Below, one piece after another: positions 36,711-42,341 of a stretch of 42,341 bases of DNA. The stretch covers positions 1-42,341 of the forward strand of contig JAJXTT010000001.1 of assembly GCA_021783525.1 (NCBI GenBank). The letters run 5' to 3'. The stretch is from Pseudomonadota bacterium. GTDB lineage: Bacteria; Pseudomonadota; Gammaproteobacteria; Burkholderiales; Gallionellaceae. A model generated the notes under the pieces. It was not told the origin of the DNA. It did no database searches and saw only the letters and a list, made by a program, of their open reading frames with translations. The first letter of the stretch is position 1; each line of letters starts with the position of its first letter. The translations under genes and the position numbers were made by a program.

Positions 36711-37705
36711 GCCCCATACTATCTGTCCGCTCCCGCGCTTCCGCTGCACGGCCTGTGCAACGCGGCCTTTCGCTGATCGAGTTGATGATCGCCCTGACCA
36801 TCGGCATGGTAGTCATGGCGGCCCTCGGCGCGCTGCTACTGAGCATCACGCGAAACAACAGCGAATTGGCCAAGTCCAATGCCCAGATCGAAAGCGGCCG
36901 GTTCGCGATCCAGTTGCTGCAGGCTGACCTTGTCCACGCAGGATTCTGGGGCGAAGTGAGACCTGCGACACCGACTGCCATTCCCGACCCCTGCCTGGCC
37001 GTTGCATCCTGGGATGCAGCCTACAAGGCCAATATGCTGGCGATCCCGGTGATGGGATACGACAGCAGCACTGTTCCAGGCGGCTGTACCGTGGTCAGCG
37101 GGGTGCAGGCCAACAGCGATGTGCTGGTGGTGCGCCATGCGAATACATGTGTGACGGGCGCCGGATGTGAAGGCGATACGGCAGCCAATCCTGATGATGG
37201 GCCGCATATTCAGTTGTCCCGCTGCGGCACCAAGTCGCCTCCCGAGGCCCCGTATGTGATCGACTCCACGACGTTCCCGCTCACAAACAGGAACTGCACG
37301 ACGATCGCTGACCGCCGTAAGGTCGTTTCCAATATTTATTACGTCTCGGGCAATACGTTAAGGCGCGCATCCTTTGTTGACGGTTCCTATCAAACCCAGC
37401 CCTTGATCGACGGCATCGAGGCCATGCGGTTCGAATACGGCCTCGACACCACGAACGATGGCAGCCCGGATAGCTACGTCTCGTGCGCACCGTGCACCCT
37501 GGCTCAGCTTCCCAACATCGTCGCCGTCAAGATTTATGTCCTCGCGCGCAACCCCGAGGTCACGCCCGGCTACACGGACAGCAAGTCCTACCAGTTAGGG
37601 GCCGCGACATACACGGTCCCGACGGCCGATGTTGGCTTCAAGCGCCACGTCTTTTCCACCACCGTCCGACTCGTCAATCCGTCCGGACGCAGGGAGGTTC
37701 CATGA
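36707..37705 (+). CDS. pilW: Type IV minor pilin PilW
   Basis: G|LSLIELMIAL, ESGRFA..LL..DL..AGFWG, LIDGIE.M.FEYGLD, FSTTVRL.N; ATGA overlap with pilV. Confidence 0.9.
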   Translation: MSPILSVRSRASAARPVQRGLSLIELMIALTIGMVVMAALGALLLSITRNNSELAKSNAQIESGRFAIQLLQADLVHAGFWGEVRPATPTAIPDPCLAVASWDAAYKANMLAIPVMGYDSSTVPGGCTVVSGVQANSDVLVVRHANTCVTGAGCEGDTAANPDDGPHIQLSRCGTKSPPEAPYVIDSTTFPLTNRNCTTIADRRKVVSNIYYVSGNTLRRASFVDGSYQTQPLIDGIEAMRFEYGLDTTNDGSPDSYVSCAPCTLAQLPNIVAVKIYVLARNPEVTPGYTDSKSYQLGAATYTVPTADVGFKRHVFSTTVRLVNPSGRREVP

Positions 37706-38208
37706 ATCAGATGACCACGCTGCGCCGCCAGCGCGGTGTCACGCTCATCGTCGGCCTCGTCATGCTGGTGATCATCACCCTGCTCGTGGCGTCTGCCTTC
37801 ACACTGAGCTCCACCAACCTCAAGGCGGTCGGCAACATGCAGTTCAGGGACGAGGCCACCGCTGCGGCCAATGTGGCGATCGAGCGCGTGGTGAGCCACG
37901 ATTTCACGGTCACGCCCGCAGCGAGCACCGAGACCGTGAACATCGGTGGCGCCGCCTACACGGTCAACGTGGCCGCCCCGACCTGTGTCAGGGCGCTTGG
38001 CATCAGGACCCTGCCGGCAAGCGACCCGGATGCATTGCAGTGCGCAATCGGTTCTGGAGGCACCCCTGTCTGCTTCGAAACGGTCTGGGAAGTCAGCGCG
38101 TCGGTCAGCCCGACTGGTGGAGCGGCGGCGGTAACCGGTGCCGCCGTCACGATCAGGCAGGGCATCAGAAAACGACTGAGCGTCTCCAAATTGAGTAGTT
38201 GCGCTTGA
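37702..38208 (+). CDS. pilX: Type IV minor pilin PilX
   Basis: QRG|VTLIVGLVMLVIITLL (lacks Glu5, as PilX does), N.KAVGN; GGAGG RBS; ATGA overlap with pilW. Confidence 0.88.
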   Translation: MNQMTTLRRQRGVTLIVGLVMLVIITLLVASAFTLSSTNLKAVGNMQFRDEATAAANVAIERVVSHDFTVTPAASTETVNIGGAAYTVNVAAPTCVRALGIRTLPASDPDALQCAIGSGGTPVCFETVWEVSASVSPTGGAAAVTGAAVTIRQGIRKRLSVSKLSSCA

Positions 38209-38255
38209 TCGAATCGATAACGTGCGTCGCCCGTGGGCGGCTGGGAGTGGATGAC

Positions 38256-41200
38256 ATGTCCAACAAACTGATGAAGATGGCGCTCGCGGCGTTCCTGGCA
38301 TGTGTGCAGGGCAGTGTGCGGGCAGAGGATATTGATCTGTTCGTCGGCGATCCAGTGGGAGCGCCGTCGAACGTGTTGATCGTTGTTGACAACAGCTCGA
38401 ACTGGTCTGCCAACAACCAGAACTGGCCCACTGACCCTGCAGCGCCCGCTGGTTGTGGCAATAACTGCAACAGCAAGCAAGGCTACTATGAGATCAAGGC
38501 GCTTCGCACCGTGATCGACGGCCTCCCCACGGACGCATCGGGCAACGTGGCGATGAATATTGGCCTCATGCTATTCAACAACTCCAGCGCAACACGGGAC
38601 GGCGCTTATGTGCGCTTCCACGTGCGCCCAATGACCGCTGCCAATCGGGCGGCCTTACTGGCCAAGCTCGATGAGATCATCAGCAATTTCAGCACCGAGA
38701 CAGCGGCGTCGTCCGTGCAATATGGCGCTGCTCTGTTCGATGCCTTCAAGTATTTCGGCGGCTACACCAATCCCGCCAGCGTCGCCAGCAACCCGACCAA
38801 CCCGCCCGCCCCGCCGACCAACCCGACCTACCAGGGCATCAACGTATTCGGGACAGAGTTCTGGGGCTCGAACAATGCCGACGGCACCAAACCCGACCCG
38901 GCCGCCTACCTCGACGCGGAGTACTACAACCAGATCACCGGAATCCCGTGCGGCCGCAACTTTATCATCCTCGTCGGCAACGGCTTCCCGGCGACGGACA
39001 GCGTCTCATCATCGAACATGGGCGACGTGCTCGCGAAACTCATCAATCCGTCGAACCCGGCTGCGACGATCACCGAGTTTCCGCTGATCGCCACCGGTGC
39101 GCTCCCGGTTAGCAACGCCGTCGGCCGCTACGCCGACGAATTCGCGGATTTTCTGCGCAGAACCGATGTCGACGGCACCCAATCGGCCCAGCAGAATGTC
39201 ACGACCTACGCGATCGATGTCTACCGGGCCCAGCAGGATACCAATCAGACCGCGCTGCTGCGCAACGTGGCCGCGTATGGGGGCGGAAAATACTTCGCGG
39301 CGACCAACGAAGCCGCGCTGCGGTCGGCTTTCGACGATATTTTTTCGGAAATCAACAGCGTCAACTCCGCTTTCGCCTCGGCCAGCCTTCCGGTCAGCGT
39401 CAATACCCAGGGCACGTATCTGAACCAGGTTTACATCGGCATGTTCAGGCCTGAGATCACGCCCAGGTGGTACGGAAATCTGAAGCAATACCAGTTCAGG
39501 GCCAACGTGGATACGAGCGGGAACATCGTGTCAGTCGTCCTGGCCGACAGATTCAACAACGACGCGATCAACTCTCAGAACGGTTTCATACTTCCGACCG
39601 CGACAAGCTTCTGGACCCCTTCCCTGGCAGATGCGTATTGGATAGCCCAACCGTCTGGTGCGTGCGTGACGACGGGATGCCGGGAGTCCAATTCGCCGGA
39701 CGGGGAGGTGGTGGAGAAAGGCGCGGCCGCCTACAAGCTGCGCGCAATCGCGCCCGCCGACCGCAGCGTGAAGACATGCGCCGGCTTGACGTGCAGCGGC
39801 GGACTGGTGAACTTCGATACCACCGCCGGCCCGAACGCGACGGCCCTGGGTGTCGCGAGCGCTGACCGGGACAACCTCATCAACTGGGTGCGCGGCCAGA
39901 ACGTGGACAATGAACTCACCAAGGGAACATCGGTGATGCGGCCCTCGGTGCACGGCGACGTCGTCCATTCGCGCCCGCTGGCGATTGATTACGGCGGCAC
40001 CACCGGCGTGGTGGTGTTTTATGGCGGGAATGACGGGATGTTCCGCGCCATCGACGGCAGAAAGACGGACACGTCGGGGAACCCCACAAGCGCGGGCAAC
40101 GAACTGTGGTCTTTCGTGGCACCCGAACATTGGGCCAAGCTCAAGCGGCTGAAGAGCAACTCCCCGGCGATCACGTTTCCGGACGCGGTGTACAACCCGG
40201 CAGATCCGGCCCCGACGCCCAAGGATTATTTCTTCGACGGCTCGATCGGGGTTTACCGCGAGGGCAGCACCGTGTGGGTCTATCCCACCATGCGGCGTGG
40301 CGGCGACTCGGTCTATGCCTTTGACGTAAGTACGCCGGCAAGTCCCCTCCTGAAATGGAAGCGCGGGCCTGCCGAACTGTCCAACGTCGGTCAGACCTGG
40401 TCGGAGCCAAAAGTCGTCAAGGTGGCAGGCTATCCTACCCTGGCAGCCACAACCAAGACGCCCGTGATCATCATGGGCGGCGGCTACGACACCTGCGAAG
40501 ACCAGAATGTCGCGCCGAACACGGCGTGCACCTCGCCCAAGGGCAACCGGATTTTTGTGCTGAACGCAATTACCGGAACGGTGCTGCAGACGCTCGGTAC
40601 GGGTGTCGGCGACGGCGATGCCATCGGTCGCAGTGTGGCCGCCGATGTCACGGCAGTGGACAGCGACGGCGACGGCTACGTGGACGTGGCCTATGCGGTC
40701 GACACCGGCGCCAACGTCTATCGGATCAATATCGGTTCAAATACGCCCGGGGATGCGACTGCGGGTTGGACGATCACCAAAATCGCGTCGTTGGGCTGTA
40801 CAGGCACCGCATCGTGCAACCGCAAGTTCCTGTATGCGCCCGAGGTGGTGGTCGGCACCGGTTTCAACGCCGTCCTGATGGGGTCCGGCAACCGCGAGCA
40901 ACCGTTGTTGAATGATGCGGCGACGCTTGTCGACAACGCCTTCTTCATGATCAAGGATGACCGCTCAGCGAGCCCAGCCGTGATCACGACCGCTGCGCTG
41001 GCGTCGGTTAATCCGGATACAGGCGTGGCGACCCCACCTGCATCCTTGCCGGACAAGGGCTGGTATCTGGCATTGGGCAGCGACAGCGGCTGTGACCCCA
41101 TTACCCACGCTGGCTGTCACGACAAGGAACAGGTGGTGACCTCTGCTGTGGTGGTGGCCGGCGTGGCTTATTTCAGCACCCATATGCCTCTTGTGCCAAC

Positions 41201-41513
41201 CCAATGTGGCACGAGTCTTGGCCTGGCGCGTGGCTATGCCGTGAATTACCTGAACGGGTCCGGCCGAAATGGCGGCTCACTTTTCAATGATTTCGCCGGC
41301 GGAGGACTCGCGCCGTCTCCCGTCACAGCGGTGGTCTCGCTTACCCTGACGAATACAGACGGCACAACCGCGACCGATGCGAACGGTCAGCCGTTGACTG
41401 CCAACGTACCGGTCATTATTGGCGGAGGCGGTATTTCCGGACTTGACCCAACGCTTGTGAATGTCAATCCGTCTGGCGTGCGGGGTCGCGTTTACTGGTA
41501 TATCGAGCAATGA
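38256..41513 (+). CDS. pilY1: Type IV pilus tip adhesin PilY1/PilC (vWA-like domain plus beta-propeller)
   Basis: Signal peptide ending VRA|EDIDLF, NVLIVVDNS vWA start, W.GNLKQY, HGDVVHSRP, GGNDGMFRAIDG, ELWSFV, GQTWSEP, Ca-binding loop DSDGDGYVD, KGWYLAL, R.YW at the C-terminus. Confidence 0.92.
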   Translation: MSNKLMKMALAAFLACVQGSVRAEDIDLFVGDPVGAPSNVLIVVDNSSNWSANNQNWPTDPAAPAGCGNNCNSKQGYYEIKALRTVIDGLPTDASGNVAMNIGLMLFNNSSATRDGAYVRFHVRPMTAANRAALLAKLDEIISNFSTETAASSVQYGAALFDAFKYFGGYTNPASVASNPTNPPAPPTNPTYQGINVFGTEFWGSNNADGTKPDPAAYLDAEYYNQITGIPCGRNFIILVGNGFPATDSVSSSNMGDVLAKLINPSNPAATITEFPLIATGALPVSNAVGRYADEFADFLRRTDVDGTQSAQQNVTTYAIDVYRAQQDTNQTALLRNVAAYGGGKYFAATNEAALRSAFDDIFSEINSVNSAFASASLPVSVNTQGTYLNQVYIGMFRPEITPRWYGNLKQYQFRANVDTSGNIVSVVLADRFNNDAINSQNGFILPTATSFWTPSLADAYWIAQPSGACVTTGCRESNSPDGEVVEKGAAAYKLRAIAPADRSVKTCAGLTCSGGLVNFDTTAGPNATALGVASADRDNLINWVRGQNVDNELTKGTSVMRPSVHGDVVHSRPLAIDYGGTTGVVVFYGGNDGMFRAIDGRKTDTSGNPTSAGNELWSFVAPEHWAKLKRLKSNSPAITFPDAVYNPADPAPTPKDYFFDGSIGVYREGSTVWVYPTMRRGGDSVYAFDVSTPASPLLKWKRGPAELSNVGQTWSEPKVVKVAGYPTLAATTKTPVIIMGGGYDTCEDQNVAPNTACTSPKGNRIFVLNAITGTVLQTLGTGVGDGDAIGRSVAADVTAVDSDGDGYVDVAYAVDTGANVYRINIGSNTPGDATAGWTITKIASLGCTGTASCNRKFLYAPEVVVGTGFNAVLMGSGNREQPLLNDAATLVDNAFFMIKDDRSASPAVITTAALASVNPDTGVATPPASLPDKGWYLALGSDSGCDPITHAGCHDKEQVVTSAVVVAGVAYFSTHMPLVPTQCGTSLGLARGYAVNYLNGSGRNGGSLFNDFAGGGLAPSPVTAVVSLTLTNTDGTTATDANGQPLTANVPVIIGGGGISGLDPTLVNVNPSGVRGRVYWYIEQ

Positions 41514-42046
41514 AGACGAAAACAGCCCCGCCTGCCGGACGGGCCAGGATGAGGTTCCGGCTCGTACAGCAAGGCTTCACCCTGATCGAGTTGATGGTCA
41601 CGATCATGGTGATGGCCATTATTCTGATGGTCGCGGTGCCGTCCTTCAACGAAGCGACGCTGGGCAGCAAGCTGGGTTCGCTCGCCAACAATTTCGTGGC
41701 CAGCGTCCAACTGGCACGCAGTGAGGCGATCAAGCGCAACGCGGCGGTGACGCTGTGCGCGTCTTCCGATGGCAGCACCTGCACGGGAGCCTGGAAGGAT
41801 GGCTGGATCGTGCGGGCCGGCACCACGGTGATTTATACGCAGGCTCCGCTGCCTAGGGGCTTCCTGCTCTCAGAGTCGGGTGGTGCCACCAGTCTTGTTT
41901 TCCAGCCAACCGGGGTGGGCGCAACGTCCGCCACGCTGACGCTCTGCCGCGCCACGCCTACGGTCGGCAGCCAAAAGAGGACGATAGATGTGAGCCTGAC
42001 CGGCAGGCCGAGCGTCACAAAGCAACCCGCCACCAGCTGTTCCTGA
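41510..42046 (+). CDS. fimT: GspH/FimT-family pseudopilin
   Basis: G|FTLIELMVTI..AVPSF, QLARSEAIKRN..VTLCAS, W.DGWIV, F.PTG, TGRP; ATGA overlap with pilY1. Confidence 0.88.
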   Translation: MKTKTAPPAGRARMRFRLVQQGFTLIELMVTIMVMAIILMVAVPSFNEATLGSKLGSLANNFVASVQLARSEAIKRNAAVTLCASSDGSTCTGAWKDGWIVRAGTTVIYTQAPLPRGFLLSESGGATSLVFQPTGVGATSATLTLCRATPTVGSQKRTIDVSLTGRPSVTKQPATSCS

Positions 42047-42262
42047 GCCGTGGCCGGCGGGGCAATTTGCCGGTGTCGTGAACGAAGGCTGATCCAATTC
42101 GTCGGCGCACCGGTCGTTGCCCGGGTGCAGCCTGAATAACACATTATCCAAATTAATCATGCGCTTAACAACTTGGTCCCGCTCGGCTACGACTAAAGTT
42201 GTATAGACCTGCCCGATCCGTCTTGGCACCCTAGCCCCAACAAGAAATAAGGGGGGAGGGTG

Positions 42263-42341
42263 ATGAAACAATCGGGTGCAACCCTGCTGGAGTTGATGGT
42301 CGTCCTTGCCATTGCCGGGATTCTGCTGGCGATCGGCGTTC
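42263..42341 (+). CDS. Another type IV pilin-like (probably FimT/FimU-type) gene, 5' end only
   Basis: GGAGG RBS then MKQSG|ATLLELMVVLAIAGILLAIGV, a class III signal peptide with Glu5; truncated by the window edge. Confidence 0.8.
   Translation, partial: MKQSGATLLELMVVLAIAGILLAIGV

Noticed and set aside
42224-42238. Second sigma-54 promoter (TGGCAC) before the last pilin gene
   Set aside because: No GC at the required GG-N10-GC spacing (CC there; the nearest GC is 3 nt too close).
1-42341. CRISPR arrays, tRNA/rRNA genes, prophage or anti-phage defence genes, phase-variable simple repeats
   Set aside because: No regularly spaced repeats, RNA-gene signatures or such protein motifs were seen, and the homopolymer runs noticed were short (about 7 nt or less). 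This was judged by eye only.

Overview
Bacterial chromosomal window, GC-rich at the very start and from about 26.5 kb onward (betaproteobacterial-looking; this is inference only). Positions 1-29.9 kb form a co-oriented surface-glycan locus. It starts with the 3' end of gmd and a probable frameshifted fcl relic, followed by a PglK/MsbA-type ABC flippase. Next is a full pseudaminic-acid pathway (pseB, pseC, pseF, fused pseG-pseH, pseI) interrupted by three extra oxidoreductases (AKR, Gfo/Idh/MocA, SDR). Then come a methyltransferase-Trm112-like fusion, a KpsS-like candidate nonulosonate transferase, an FkbM methyltransferase, and a second gmd/cupin/perosamine-synthase-like/methyltransferase module. 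A defective IS3-family element, several glycosyltransferases and the WbpK/WbpL/WbpM-like initiation trio complete the locus. Positions 29.9-34.2 kb hold LPS-core-type genes (GT9, GT10, GT4, ELM1-like), followed by thiO. A type IV minor-pilin cluster (pilE-pilV-pilW-pilX-pilY1-fimT) lies behind a sigma-54-like promoter, and another pilin gene starts at the window edge. The best candidate for a new system is a Pse pathway carrying an oxidation/reduction cassette and dedicated methyltransferases, which could make a non-canonical (epimerised and/or methylated) nonulosonic acid on a glycan exported by a single ABC flippase, with no wzx/wzy/wzm visible. No rRNA, tRNA or CRISPR was seen. All family calls are from motif recognition by eye; no searches were run.
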